From the human T2T-CHM13v2.0 reference genome, Homo sapiens: a stretch of DNA of 64,000 nt. The stretch lies in the NCBI RefSeq assembly GCF_009914755.1, contig NC_060925.1, one strand, 5' to 3'. Position numbers and translations under genes: made by a program. Under the pieces are notes generated by a model. The model ran no database searches and had not been told where the DNA came from. It saw only the letters and a program-made list of their open reading frames with translations. Positions 12,738 through 33,903 of this stretch are shown here, piece after piece. How positions within the stretch are numbered: position 1 is the stretch's first letter; each line of letters begins with the position of its first letter.

Positions 12738-13539
12738 TGAAACTTTTGATTATTAGTGTCACTGTGACCATAAAACTGTAAAATTTTAGAGCCAAATCCC
12801 TAATTCAGGCCTTACTCTCATAAGTGAGAAGATAGCGGCCCTGATGGGGTAGTTTCTTAGGGCCGCAAAGTGACAAAGTTGGATCTTAGACCTATACATT
12901 TGGCATTACACTAGTCTGTCTTAACCAGCTTTCTGCTTTTGGGGCCTTAGCTGCCACTGAATTTTGAAGTATTTATCCTTGCTGAAGCTATCCCACTGTC
13001 CTTTTTGTAGCTCAGTTTTTGAAGCTGTGTTGTTTTAGGTAATCTCATCAATAAGAGTGTTTTCTTGGAAAGGAACCAGTGAGCAGTGTTTGTGATGGAG
13101 CAAAGCACGGGGTATTTACACTGTGGAGGAAACTGCTCCATGATAATAAAAGATAAAAACCTAAAAAAGATTAGTTTGGCTGCTAAAGCATTCCTTTCCC
13201 AGCTATAATTATCTCTGGCTTTTGTGAAGTTGCTAGCACAGCAACTAAACAATTGCTTTACAGAGTTAGATTAGTGGTGCAATTTCTTCTCTTTCATCTC
13301 CCCTTCCCTCCCCACCCCCCCACCAAATTATGGCACTACTTTCTGTTCTGGAAAGAGATTCCTCACAGCAGTAAAATCAACACTAATGTTTATTGCTCTA
13401 CTCCAGGATGTTTTTGTTTTGTTTCTCGTCATTTAAAAAGTATTTTAAGTTATATACCAGCAGCTTCAAGTTTAATGCCATTAGAAATTGCCATCAGGTT
13501 CCTAGGATTTAGAGATGGAGGAAGGATTATTTGGAATTA

Positions 13540-14179
<640 letters not shown>

Positions 14180-14904
14180 TTATATGTATTTAGTGTGAGG
14201 TCTTAGTCCCCACAAAGCATAAGCAGATTTAAGTTGAAAAATTTAGTGGTGACTTTTAGGATTTTGTCTGTTCAGTTAACAGAGATTTCTTAGTTTCTAA
14301 CGGGAACCAAGACAAAACATAATTCCAGATTCACAGGAAGCATGAGTCCTGTCCTGGGCAAAAAAAATTAAGAGCTTGGAGCAGAGACGTCCAGACTTGG
14401 GTCTTAAGCCACTTGTGACTATTGGCATTTTTGAATTTCTGTATTAGAGTCTCTAAAGCAGTTGATTCCTAATAAGGAATTAGAATCACCTGGAGAGCCT
14501 TTCCCAAAAACACCTGGCTGGACCTTAGCCCAGACCTGGTAGGCATAAATCTCACATAAGCTTCCTAGGTGGTTCTAATGTGCATCCCCAATAAAAAGCA
14601 GTGCTCTTATGTGCTGTTGCCGAACTTTTTCACTCTGTGTCATGTCAAGAATGTTTGGTATTGTGATCCAGAGTAAAAGAAAAATTTCACAAAACGGTAC
14701 TTACCCTTGTCACAAGTAAAACACTCTGGTTTTATTAAGTTTTTTAATGCTGCCACCCAGGGTCTTGACTGATGATCTTGACCTGTAGTTTGAAAAACAC
14801 TGTTCTGAAACTTAGTAACCATTGCTGCCCTTGGGGTTAATGATAATTGAAACCGTGTCTTCTGGGTCACTTAACTATAAATGCCACTGACTCAAAGTTA
14901 ACTA

Positions 14905-15535
<631 letters not shown>

Positions 15536-15569
15536 TTATATCTTATTAGAGTAAGCAGACTAGCATTGT

Positions 15570-16330
15570 TCAGCCAGTCATAAAAGAACACGTATGATTC
15601 CATCTATATGAAAAGTCTAGAATACACAAATCTATAGAGATAGAAAACAGATTAGGGTGGGGTGGACATGGGGATGGTAATAGCTGCAGAACTATATGAA
15701 TATACTAAAATCATTTAATTGTATACTTTAAATGGACCTTAAATGGGTAAATAGGTAGATTTTATAGCAGGTGAATCATGTATTGTCATAAAGATGTTAA
15801 TACATTAAAAGATGGTATTGACTAGTAATTGTAAAGAGAAAATTTAGAGGATACTGGCAGATATCTCTTACCTAAATAATCAAAGATAACATCCTCAATA
15901 AAACATTGGCATCGTGTATTTCCTGGATACCTCTGTAGTATGCTTACCAATTATGCCAAACCTCAGTCTTATTATTAGGAAATAATCAGACAAACCCAAA
16001 TTGAAAGTCATTTTACAGAATACCTGACCAGTATTCAAAAGTGTCAGTCATGAAAGACAATGACAGAAACAGTCACAGATTGGCAAGAACTAAAGAGATG
16101 TAGGGTCCTGGAGCAGAAAAGGAACATTGATTAAGTCCTGGAACAGAAAAGGGACATTCAGTAGTGGAAAACTGGGTTGTTTGCTATTTTAGTAATACTA
16201 AGTTATCACTGAGGTTCATTTTACAGTTTTGCTAATTTTCTTATGGTTATATAAAATATTAGCATGGTGAAGTGGCAAATCTCCTATTTTTGTAGCTCTT
16301 CTTTACAACTATTTTAAAGTGAAAATTAGG
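15570..16330 (+). mobile_element. Old L1M 3'-end fragments
   Basis: tatgattccatctatatgaaaagtctagaa...aaatctatagagatagaaa motifs typical of L1M 3' ends; degenerate. Confidence 0.6.
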
Positions 16331-16394
16331 GGAAAATGTTTTAATGTCATTGCTCGGATATGTTGCCAAGCAATGTAATGACATGCTGCCACTC

Positions 16395-16697
16395 TTTTTT
16401 TTTTTTTTTTTTTTTTTTTTTGAGACAGTCTCACTCTGTCACCCAGGCTGGAGTGCAGTGGCCGATCTCAGCTCACTGTAACCTCCGCCTCCTGGGTTCA
16501 AGCGATTCTCCTGCCTCAGCCTCCCGAGTAGCTGGGATTACAGGCATCTGCCACCACACCCAGCCAGTTTTTGTATTTTTTGTAGAGATGAGGTTTCACC
16601 ATGGTAGCCAGGCTGGTCTCAAACTCCTGACCTCAGGTGATCCGCCTCAGCCTCCCAGAGTGCTGGGATGACAGGTGTGACCCACTCTGCCCAGCCT
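16395..16697 (-). mobile_element. AluS
   Basis: Poly-T plus full Alu; gctgccactctt on both sides as TSD. Confidence 0.9.
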
Positions 16698-17551
16698 GGC
16701 TGCCACTCTTGAATGCCTGTTAAGTGCCAGGCAAAGTGCTAGGTGCTTTATATGCTTTACTACTAGTCTTCAAAGCGACCTTGCTTGATAGTTGGTATTG
16801 TTTGCATTTTTCAGGTGAGGAAATGGGAGTTGAGAATTACTAAGTAATTACCCAGATACAGTGATGAAATTGTGCCCTACCACATTGCCAAAATATATGG
16901 CCTATTGTAAAGCTAACTCTGGGCAGGAATTTACTTTGATCTAAAAGTCTGCAATATCCAAGAGGAAATTAGGCAGTTTGGCCTGAAAAGTGGCCTTTTG
17001 AGACAGAAAATGGAACAGTCTCTTTGAGGGGAGGTAGAAGTGTCTTTAAGGCTTGTGCAGTGAACTCTTAATTATTCATACAGTGTCCAAATGCTCATTC
17101 AGAGAGGATACCACATAGGAGACCTCTTTAAAGTGCAGACTTCCTAAGGTGACCATAATAGAGTTTTGCTAATACAGTTACTTGGTTATTATATAATAAC
17201 TGATGTTCAGTTAATACAGTGCAAGATTCTGTTTTCAAAAAACGTTAATTTTGTATAGATGTTAAAAGATTGACAAATTCACATCTTCTGAAAATTGCAA
17301 ATTTTTGTTAATCAAAATGTCTTTTTTTCTTTTTTGTACTTAGTCCTGCAGACAGTGTCCTGTGTTGCAGTCAGCTGAGATAAACAAGTTTTATTGATAT
17401 TTAAGTGAGAATATAAAGATAGCATGTTCACTTATAAATATATTCCCTTTGCCTAGTGCTAACTACAGTATAGCCAAACCTACTGATTACTTTTCATCCT
17501 GTTTCTGTATTTTGTTGAGCCTTTCAGCTTAATTATGTATCTTTTTCCTAG

Positions 17552-18016
17552 GACTCCTTCTCCTCCCCCACGTCGGCGCTCACCTTCTCCTAGAAGATAC
17601 TCTCCTCCAATACAGAGGAGATACTCTCCTTCTCCACCTCCAAAGAGAAGAACGGCTTCACCTCCTCCCCCTCCTAAACGAAGAGCATCACCATCTCCAC
17701 CACCAAAGCGGCGGGTCTCCCATTCTCCACCTCCCAAACAAAGAAGCTCCCCAGTCACCAAGAGACGTTCACCTTCATTATCATCCAAGCATAGGAAAGG
17801 GTCTTCCCCAAGCCGCTCTACCCGGGAGGCCCGATCACCACAACCAAACAAACGGCATTCGCCCTCACCACGGCCTCGAGCTCCTCAGACCTCCTCAAGT
17901 CCTCCACCCGTTCGAAGAGGAGCGTCGTCATCACCCCAAAGAAGGCAGTCCCCGTCTCCAAGTACTAGGCCCATTAGGAGAGTCTCCAGGACTCCGGAAC
18001 CTAAAAAGATAAAAAA
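17552..18016 (+). CDS. SRRM1: SRRM1 coding exon (TPSPPPRRRSPSP...TPEPKKIK)
   Basis: Acceptor ctttttcctag, donor AA|GTAAAA. 465 nt; corresponds to ORF 17535..18020. Confidence 0.95.
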
Positions 18017-18548
18017 GTAAAAATATTTTATGCTTTTCCATTAGGAATACTTACATAGCTGTTTATATTTGGAAGCTTCCCCCCACCCCCATATAAAAGG
18101 AATAAGTTATGAATATGAGCTTTTAAGTCAAACTTGAGGTACTATTTACAGATCTTATTCCATTTTTTGGGATAGTTTCTGTGGTATAAGTTAAATGCCA
18201 CAGGCTTTTACTTGGTTCTTAGCAGTTATTAATTTGTTTTTGAGGGGTATGCTTCCAAAACTAAACTTGAGTAAGACATTGAACATTTCTTGTGTGTGAT
18301 GTAAGGAACTGACATTACTAATCTTACATAAGAAGCATCATTAACAGAATAGATAGAGGATTATGGGGCTTTAGCCACCCTCTGGGAAACATAGGTAATG
18401 TAAATTGGATATATGTTAGTTGAATCAACCAGCAATCTAAGTGGTATATTTGAAATTCATAACCTGGTTGTACAGTGTAGTTGGTGGTTTTCTCATGTGA
18501 AGAGAGATGGCTGTTCTCAATGCTGAATGTTTTTTCCTTTTTGTCTAG

Positions 18549-18744
18549 GGCTGCTTCCCCAAGCCCACAGTCTGTAAGAAGGGTCTCATCCTCCCGATCT
18601 GTCTCCGGGTCTCCTGAGCCAGCAGCTAAAAAGCCCCCAGCACCTCCATCCCCCGTCCAGTCTCAGTCACCGTCTACAAACTGGTCACCAGCTGTACCGG
18701 TCAAAAAGGCCAAAAGCCCAACACCGAGCCCATCACCGCCAAGA
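18549..18744 (+). CDS. SRRM1: SRRM1 coding exon (AASPSPQSVRR...SPSPPR)
   Basis: Acceptor cctttttgtctag, donor AGA|GTATGT. 196 nt, phase 2-0. Confidence 0.95.
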
Positions 18745-19814
18745 GTATGTGTCTGCCTTATTTTGGACACCCTTTTATAAATATGTATATGGTCACTTTG
18801 AAGCAGAGAAAATGTCATTGGGGCATTAAAATATTGGTGTTTAAACTTTTTTTCCCATTTGTGAGTTATACATCTGATCTTGGGCAGGTTTCTGTATTGC
18901 ATAAAATCAGTGGTTAGGTGTCCATCTGTTTTTTGTTTGTTTTTGAGACAGGGTCTCATGCTGTCACCCACGCTGAGTGCAGTGGGATGATCATAGCTCA
19001 CAGCAGCCTTCCTGGACGCAGGTGATCCCTTCGCCTCAGCCTCCCAAGTAGCTGGGATTATAGGCACATGCTGCTACACCTGGCTGGTTTTTTGTTTTTA
19101 ACTTTTTGTAGAGACAGGGTCTTGCTGTGTTGACCAGGCTGATCTTGAACTCCTAGCCTCCAGTGATCCTCCTGCTGTGGCCTCAGATGTCCATATTTAA
19201 TTGGGTTGACTGAATAGTTGTGCAAGCTAACTTGTGAGGAATTTTAAGTAATTGCTTAGAAGTGTGAAATTGAAATATTATGGATTAAATTATAGGAGCC
19301 TGCTTTTTGCATAAATTTGGTATGTGTGTCATGAGGAAGAACCAGTCATCCCCACTCTAAAGATAGGAGAGCTCAGATGGTAGCTAGAGACATGGCATTC
19401 ATACAGGCATGTGTTTAGACTAATGGCTGGTACCATTTATTAAAAGTCTGCTACATGTTAGGCAAGTATTATGGGTGATTTACAGATATTCTCATTTAAT
19501 TTTCACAAGAGCTTTATCAGGTAGGGATTATTACACTTATTTTAGGTAAAAAGGTCTCAGAAAGAGTTCAACAATTTGTCTAAGGTCAAATAGTTCAGGA
19601 GCTGGAATTGAGCTCATCCTGGAGATAGCCCCTGACTTTTGAATACTTTTCTTGGTGATAATTGGCCTTGGGCCTTCCCCACTCACACCCTCCAAAGCCT
19701 TTCGGAAATCTTGAGATTTGTCCATTGGGGATTTGAGGAAATAAAATGTTCAGTTGGACAGAATATTAATCAGATTGATTATAAATGCTGGGTGTTGTTT
19801 TTTTTTCTTCCTAG

Positions 19815-20024
19815 AATTCAGATCAGGAAGGAGGTGGAAAGAAAAAGAAGAAAAAGAAGGACAAGAAACACAAAAAGGATAAGAAGCACAAGAAGCACAA
19901 AAAACACAAGAAGGAAAAGGCTGTGGCTGCAGCTGCTGCAGCTGCTGTGACCCCTGCAGCCATTGCAGCTGCCACAACCACATTAGCACAGGAAGAGCCA
20001 GTGGCAGCGCCAGAGCCGAAGAAG
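19815..20024 (+). CDS. SRRM1: SRRM1 coding exon (NSDQEGGG, K/H-rich tract, poly-Ala, ...PEPKK)
   Basis: Acceptor ttttttcttcctag, donor AAG|GTATTT. 210 nt, phase 0-0. Confidence 0.95.
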
Positions 20025-20225
20025 GTATTTATGAACTCTGTATATGGCTGTCTTGCAGTTTACGTACAGATAGCAAAGTCATTTTGTTTTGAGAAGTAGC
20101 AAAATTGTTTTTTCTACTAATTAGCCAGTTACTCTGAGATAAAAGTCACGTACCATACAGTTCACCCATTTAAAGTTTGTGGTTCCCTGGGTTTTAGTAT
20201 ATCAGTTGTGCAGCGATCCCCACAC

Positions 20226-20529
20226 TTTTTTTTTTTATAAAGGTGACTTATTTATTTAAAATATTAACTATCCACAGTGGCCATTATATTTGCATACAGT
20301 TCAGTACTCAAAAGATTTGTGAGGTTGGTTTTTTTTTTTGTTTGTTTTTTAATTTTATTATTATTATACTTTAAGTTTTAGGGTACATGTGCACAATGTG
20401 CAGGTTTGTTACATATGTATACATGTGCCATGTTGGTGTGCTGCACCCATTAACTCGTCGTTTAGCATTAGGTATATCCCTCCCTGCTCCCCCTACCCCA
20501 CAACAGTCCCCGGTGTGTGATGTTCCCCT
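20226..20529 (-). mobile_element. 5'-truncated L1PA 3' end carrying a ~95-nt 3' transduction
   Basis: L1PA 3'UTR signature (tatactttaagttttagggtacatgtgcac...gtgtgatgttcccct), two poly-T tracts, TSD cccacacttt. Confidence 0.8.
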
Positions 20530-20610
20530 CCCACACTTTGATTCTGCTCTTTACTCGGCATTTCCCACCAGGGTCTCAAGACTTAACCGTGTAAATTCTG
20601 TTTTTTTTAG

Positions 20611-20715
20611 GAGACTGAAAGTGAAGCTGAAGATAACCTTGATGATTTAGAAAAGCACCTGCGTGAAAAGGCCCTGAGATCAATGAGGAAGGCCCAAGTG
20701 TCCCCACAGTCTTAG
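20611..20715 (+). CDS. SRRM1: SRRM1 terminal coding exon (ETESEAEDNLDDLEKHLREKALRSMRKAQVSPQS*)
   Basis: Acceptor gttttttttag; TAG stop at 20713-20715; matches the SRRM1 C-terminus. Confidence 0.95.
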   Translation, partial: ETESEAEDNLDDLEKHLREKALRSMRKAQVSPQS

Positions 20716-21700
20716 GGGGAAATGTTTGTTATGATGTAAATTTTATTTGGTTTGTACGCAGTTCAATTTCAAAATTGCTAAAATGTGTTTGAGCTTTAGA
20801 CTATAACATTTGTTGTAATAATTGCTAGGTTGAAGTTCAACATGTAAAAAAAGGGGGCATGGATTTACATTGCAAAAGGTGTCCACAGTGTATTAGTGAC
20901 ATTCTTTCATTGACAGCTGACATAATTCATTGAGTGAAATATTTTAAGCCAAAAAAAAATTCCCTTTTTAAAAAAGGGGGTTTAAATACTGTTGGCATTT
21001 TTATGGTTCCTTTAAATGCCCTAGCTATTCCCAGAGGGGTTTTTTTGTTTGTTTTTTTGGTTTTGATTTTCTTTTTGTTTTTCTTTCTTCTTCTTATTTT
21101 TTTCATTTGAGTCTTAGCTCCCATTTAAGTTATGCTTCTGACCTTGTATGGTCTGTAAGCTTGCCCAGAAATAAGACCACTGTTTTGAACTACCACAAAA
21201 GTATAAATGAATATTTTAATGCCACAATCTTTCCTGTTGCCTGTGGAGTCTCTGCTGAAATGAATCAGGATTCGAGCTCTAGGATGAGACAGAAAATGAA
21301 AGCATGTTGTTTGCCAGGACACTGTGGGTTTATATTGATGTGTAACAAGTTGATTTGGAACACTGGACTCTCATTCTGTTATTCTGGTTTTGTTTTTTTT
21401 GTTTTGTTTTTTTTCTTTTGTAAAGGCAATGAGCTAGTCCCAGAAAGGATCCTTCAGTTACATACAATTTGTTTAATGAAATGTCATGGCTCTGTTCATA
21501 TTTTTGTCTTGTTCTTCCAATTGGTATATACAACTTTCAGAGCCTCTTGTATTTGGAAGGCTGGAAGGGCCCAGACTTTGGAATAGTGTCTTGGTTTCAC
21601 TGTTTTTGTTTTGATTTTTTTTTTTGTTTTGATTTTTTTTAAACTAAAGCTATATAAAGCTTGTGGATTAAACAGAATAAATTTCTAAATTTAAAAATTT
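20716..21700 (+). other. SRRM1: SRRM1 3'UTR (U-rich, no interspersed repeats; 3' end approximate)
   Basis: Runs from the stop codon to the ATTAAA/AATAAA signals; several long U tracts. Confidence 0.8.
21667..21681 (+). terminator. Polyadenylation signals ATTAAA (21667-21672) and AATAAA (21676-21681)
   Basis: Canonical hexamers with GU-rich downstream sequence (ttttggtgtgttggg, ~21735-21750). Confidence 0.8.
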
Positions 21701-21785
21701 TGCCACTCTTACTTAGTAGTGCTTATGTAAACCTTTTGGTGTGTTGGGAGTTGGGCAGGGGAAAGAAAAGGTGATGAAATTAAGG

Positions 21786-22750
<965 letters not shown>

Positions 22751-23096
22751 ACATCTTTCAAAGGACATGGACAGTAAATATACCTTCAACAATGAGGAGC
22801 TGTTTTTACAGGTGTTTTACAGGTTTAAAGTGATTTGTAACAAGCAAAAAAGCTTGATGAAACTTCTATAGGGACTGCACTAAGGTAGTGTAGAGTGAGT
22901 GACTCTACGCTCTATCCATGATAATAGAATTTTATGTGTGTGCAGCAACTTAAGAATTTTCAAGGGCCTTCTACATGGCTCCTTTTGATTTTACAATTCT
23001 ATGATAAAAGAAAAGCACATAATACTTATTTTCTAAGATGATTTTTGCTGACATTTCCTTTCCAATAGGAACAAACCAGTGAACATCGTCAGAGTA

Positions 23097-23573
23097 GAGT
23101 TGGCCCTTGAACAATGAGAGGGTTGAGGCACTGACCCCTTGCACAGGCAAAAATTCAAGTATAATTTTTTTACTTCCTAAAAATGTACCTGCCAGGCATG
23201 GTAGATCATGCCTGTAATTCCAACACTTTGGGAGGCCGAGGCAAGAGGATTGCTTGAGCCCAGGAATTTGAGACCAGCCTGGACAACAATAGCGAGACCT
23301 CATCTCCAAAAAACTTTTTTTAAAAAAGCCCTAGGCATGGTGGTGTGTGCCTATAGCCTCAGCTACCCATGAGGCTGAGGTGGGAGGTTCACTTGAGCCT
23401 TGGAAGTTGAGGCTGCTGTGAGCCATGATCACACCACTGCACTCCAGCCTGGGCATCTCTGAGGCTGAAAAAGAGGGCGGGGGTTGGTCTTGCTGTCCCA
23501 GCAATGGGAGAGGTGGAAAAATCTGCCTATAAGTGGATCCATGTAGTGTAAACCTGTGTTCAAGGGTCAACTG
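23097..23573. mobile_element. Tigger2/MER8-type MITE interrupted by an Alu (~23190-23455)
   Basis: Terminal inverted repeats (g)agttggcccttgaaca ... tgttcaagggtcaactg, flanked by TA. Confidence 0.75.
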
Positions 23574-23659
23574 TACTTGGGTCTAGCCAATCATTCAGTC
23601 CATTTGTTTACTCCGTAGGCTTTTATTCCTCCACTTGACTGGTCTTAAGATTAGCCATA

Positions 23660-24023
<364 letters not shown>

Positions 24024-24308
24024 TTAGACCTCTGCAGGATTGGGCTCAATCACTCACTCTGTTGACTCACACTCGTGTTCTTTTAAGCAACACTAGTCGT
24101 CCTCCTACCTCACTAACTTTTGTCTCTAAAGGGTCCTTTTAAACATGCAGTGATGTAGTATGCCTTTTTTTGTGCTTGGTTGCCTTCCCTATACTTAATC
24201 CCTAGTCTCGTGATTTTAAGTGTCATCTTTATGTTTGAGGTGTTTAATCTCCAGTTCAAACTTCTCCCTGAGCTAGGCTCCTGTTGAGCTACCTGCTTGA
24301 TAATGCCA

Positions 24309-25090
<782 letters not shown>

Positions 25091-26409
25091 ATAATACCAT
25101 AAAAGGCATACCAAAATTAACATGTCCAAAATAGGATTTTTTATACGATCCTGATCTCAGTCCATTTCAGTGCCTGTCACTGTGATTTATTCAAAATTGA
25201 AGAGTCCTTACAATCAGTGGCCATACTGTCCACTCCCCAATACCCGTGCATGCTGTTCCCTACAGCCCAAGTCAGATCACAGGTCTGCTAAAAATCCTCA
25301 GAAAGCTGTTTTAGAATAAAACGCAGATTTCTTACTATGGCCTGCAAGTTCTAATAGGATTGGGCCAAATTGGCTTTGGCAACTTTATTGTCACTCAGCA
25401 GTCTACTCAAGCCATGCTGGCCACCCTGTCTTCCTTTTTTTCCAAAAAGCTGACTTCTCTTTCAGAGATTTTTGTACCGTGCCCACTGTGCCTTTATCTT
25501 GGAAGGCACTCCTGCTCTTATTGCTTGTTTCTTTACTTGGTTTGCCTCAGACACTTCCCTAATTCCCTCTCCTTTGTTTTCATGGATGTCAACTTTTGCT
25601 ACCTAAAGTGATGCATTTTTGCTCGCTAGGAAGTTGTCTTATTCATGGCTGTGTCCCCAGTGGTACAAACCAGTGTACCACTGTACACCGTATTCCAGTG
25701 TATTCATTCGATGAATGAATAAATTTAATTATCATTACATCCGTACTGGCCAGATACTACCAGGGTTTGAGGTAAAATGAAGAGGCCAGACGCAGTGGCT
25801 CATGTCTGTAATCCCAGCACTTTAGGAAGGTCGAGGTGGGGGGATTGCTTGAGCCCAGGAGTTTGAGACTAGCCTGGGCAACATAGGTGACTCCTGTCTC
25901 TACAAAAAGCCTAAAAATTAGCAGGTCATGGTGGCATGTGACTGTAGTCCCAGCTACTCCAGAGGCTGAGGAGGGAGGATCATTTGAGCCTGGGAGGTCA
26001 GGGCTGCAGTGAGCAGTGACTGTGCCATTTCACTCCAAAAAAAAAAAAAAGAAAAGATGGTTGCTGTCCTTAAGGAGCATCCACCTACTGGGTATGCAGA
26101 CATGCAAACAATTTGCAGACTGCACACTGAGTCTGGTGAACCAGGATTTCTACCATAGCTTCTACTGTGTGGTCTTGGGCAAGTTACTTGACCTTGAAGT
26201 GGTGCCATTTCTTCTTCAATGGAAATGACGGAATCTATCTCAAGAGTTTCTGAAGATTTAAATGTGTCAGTTAATACATATAATGCAATGATACCACAAA
26301 GACAGCTTCCCATTCTAACACGACACATAGCCATTCTTGTAATTATGGCAAAATTTAGCTTAGGTGACTAAAACGGATTTTAGATCAGCCCCATTTAAGG
26401 CAATTTATT

Positions 26410-28375
<1,966 letters not shown>

Positions 28376-28736
28376 TATTCCTCAATGCCACTTTAAGCTG
28401 ATTTGTATCTGCATGAGCATGTTTCTGAAGTTGTGGCTATAGGATTAGATCCAGGGCTGGACTCAGAGTCCGTAGAGTGGAGCTGATGATATTTGTAGTA
28501 CTCTCATACTCATATGTGGAGGTTGAGAATAGGGAATTATGGCCAAACCAAAATGTGTTCCCATTTTATAAACAGGATCAGGAGACTCAGGGAGAGTGTG
28601 ACAAGGTAACTGGTAGGTGCAGTTCTAATTAATATTGTCCCTCCTACCATCTGATAAAGAACCCAATATTTTCGGTGGGGCACGGTGGCTCACGCCTGTA
28701 ATCCCAGCACTTTGGGAGGCCGAGGCGGGTGGATCA

Positions 28737-29238
<502 letters not shown>

Positions 29239-29458
29239 TCACTTGAGCCTGGGAGGTCGAGGCTTGCAATGAGCCATATTTACACCACTGCACTCCAGCC
29301 TGGGTGACAGAACGAGACCTTGTCTTAGAAAAGAAAAAAAAAAGTGGATATAGAAACACCACCCAAATGTGTGGTTGTTAGGAAAACACTGGGGTTTAGG
29401 GTGTAGCTTATTATCCCAAGAAATCCAAGTTTAGAAGTTGAAAATTGCATGGCATTAA

Positions 29459-29686
<228 letters not shown>

Positions 29687-30185
29687 TGAGCTCAAGCAAT
29701 CTGTCCGCCTCACCCTCCAAAAGTGCTGGAATTACAGGCGTGAGCCACCACACCTGGCCTGCCTGGCTAATTGTGTTAAAATTTTTTTATAGAGAAGGGG
29801 TCTCTTTATGTCTTCCAGACTGATCTTGAACTCCTGGCCTCAAGCAATTCTGCCTTGGCCTCCTGAAGTGCTGGGACTACATATGTGAGTCACCCACCCT
29901 GCAGGCTTTTTTTTTTCTTTTTGGACAGGGTCTCACTCTTTTGCCCAGGCTGGAGTGCAGTGGCTCAATCTTGGCTCACCGCAAACTCCACCTCCCAGAA
30001 TCGAGCGATCCTTCTACATACAGGCAGGCGTATTTTGAGGCCCCAACTCTGCTCAATCCTGCAAGATCAACTCTAAGATTCCCATATTTTTGATTTGAAA
30101 GACCCATCTTAGTTCATACCGAACGTTGCCCTTTGGCTCTTAGGGACTCAGTTATTGCTGTGCTCCTAGTTTGATGAATTGGTAG

Positions 30186-31253
<1,068 letters not shown>

Positions 31254-31399
31254 GTAGGATCTGAAGTACAGGTTTTTCCAAAGCTCTTGGCAAAAACGTT
31301 TCATGTTTGTCAATATGTAGCAGGTTGGCAGGCTTTCATAATTATAAGAATGTCAAGCTTGAATAACGAGATTCAAAAAATAAGACTACGTACAGAGCC

Positions 31400-32375
31400 C
31401 AGAGCTTGAGGTTGGCTACCCAAGAGGATAGATTCAGGTTGTCCTAAATATACACTCCAATTAGCAGCAGTTACAAATGGGTCTCTTGAAGGAATAAAGA
31501 AGAGGCAGTTCTGAAATTGTTTACCAAGAATTTATTACATCTATCACATAAGCTCAGTCGGGCACAGTGGCTCGTGCCCGTAATCCCAGCACTTTGGGAG
31601 ACCGAGGCGGGCAGATCATCTAAGATCAGGAGTTTGAGACCAGACTGACCGACATGGCAAAACCCCATACCTACTAAAAATACAAAAATTAGCTGGGTGT
31701 GGTGGCACGTGCCTGTAATCCCAGCTACTCAGGAGGCTGAGGCAGGAGAATTGCTTGAACCTGGGAGGCTTGTAGTGAGCCAAGATCATGCCACTGCACT
31801 CTAGCCTGGGCGACAGAGCAAGACTGTCTTAAAAAAAAACCAAAATAAAAATAGGGGCCGGGCGCGGTGGCTCATGACTGCAACCCCAGCACTTTGGGAG
31901 GCCGAGGCGGGCAGATCATGAAGTCAGGAGTTCAAGACCAGCCTGCTCAACATGGTGAAACCCCATCTCTACTAAAAAATACAAAAATTAGTTGGGCGCA
32001 GTGGTGCACTCCTGTAATCCCAGCTACTCGGGAGGCTGAGGCAGGGGAATCGCTTGTACCGGGGGAGCGGAGGTTGCAGTGAGATCAGGCCACTGCACTC
32101 CAGCCTGAGCAACAGAGTGAGACTCCGTCTCAAAGAAAAAAAAATTAGTTCTTGATTGGCCGTACATTGTTCTTTGTATCACAGATTCCAAGAGCATGAA
32201 GATAGTGGGTGAGGCAGCTAGTCAGGAACAAAATGCCTTTGAACAGTTGCCCCGGAGCATGGGGTTGTGGGGAAGAGGGATGACTAAAGTCCCATGCTCC
32301 TATATCTGTGAGCTTGATAAATGTTGCATGACTCACATAGCTCAGACTGCCCCGAGCTTTTTTTTTTTTTTTTCT
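31400..32375 (-). mobile_element. Probable old ERV1-class LTR fragment split by two Alus
   Basis: catagctcagactgc...gagct terminal motif resembles MER-type LTR starts; subfamily uncertain. Confidence 0.45.
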
Positions 32376-33606
32376 CTCGGGGTTTCTGCCAAGATGCTGA
32401 CCCTTATATTTCATGTCTATCAGAGAGGAGGAGCTGATGGGTGCTGAGTCCCAAGAGAAGCACCCTGTTTGCAGAGGGCTATGGATACCTCTCACCAGAT
32501 GGGGCAGGAGGAACGACGGGAACAACTTAATATCAGTAGAATTGTAAACTCCTTAGCTGGAAGCTACCTTAAGGAAGTGTTTCACAGACTGTAGGTTGAG
32601 ACCCATGAGTGAATTGTAAAATTTAATGTATCACAACTAGCATTAAAAGAAAAAGAAAACAATAAACTTGAGTCTGAATCGCATATAGCGGGTTAAGTAT
32701 TGTTTCATGGATCGTGTATATATATTCATGTATGTGTGTGTGTGTGTGTATGGGGTTGCAATATTAAATGTATTCTAGACTGGACATGGTTGCTCATGCC
32801 TCTAATCCCAGGACTTTGGGAGGCTGAGGCAGGTGGTTCACTTGAGGCCAGGAGTTTGAGACCAGCCTGGCCATCATGGTGAAAACCCATCTCTACCAAA
32901 AATATATATATATACAAAAATTAGCCAGGCGCGGTGGTACACACCGTAGTCCCAGCTACTTGGGAGGCTGTGGCATGAGAATTACTTGACACCCAGGAGG
33001 CGGAGCTTGCAGTGAGCCGAGATCGCGCCACTGCACTCCAGCCTGGGCAACAGAGCAAGACTCTGTCTCAAAAAAAAATAAAAATAAAAATAAAATAAAA
33101 AATATTCTAGACCAGGCACAGTGGCTCACGCCTGTAATCCTAGCACTTTGGGAGGCTGAGGTGGGCAGATCATGAGGTCAGGAGTTCAAGACCAGCCTGA
33201 CCAACATGGTGAAACCCTGTCTCTACTAAAAACACAAAAATTAGCCAGGTGTGGTGGCAAGCGCCTGTAATCTCAGCTACTCAGAAGGCAGAGGCAGGAG
33301 AATTGCTTGAACCCGGGAGGTGAAGTTTGCAGTGAGACGAGATTGTACCACTGTATGCCAGCCTGGGTAACACGGTGAGGCTCCGTCTCAAAAAAAAAAA
33401 AGTATTCTAATGCGATTTATAATTAACAAAATCAAAACTATCTACTTTATAGATATCTAGGCTGCCAGTTTTTAAACTGGCCTGCAGAGTCCTTAGGAGG
33501 AAGTTATAGTTCAAACTTTCTCTGTAAAATAGAGCCACTAGTAGGACCTAGCCAAAAAAAAAAAAAAAAGTGAAAACCACTGATCTGGGCCAGGCGCGGT
33601 GGCTCA

Positions 33607-33903
<297 letters not shown>

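Noticed and set aside
19926-19947. Poly-alanine tract as an unstable repeat
   Set aside because: Short (7 Ala) with mixed GCT/GCA codons; a normal part of SRRM1.
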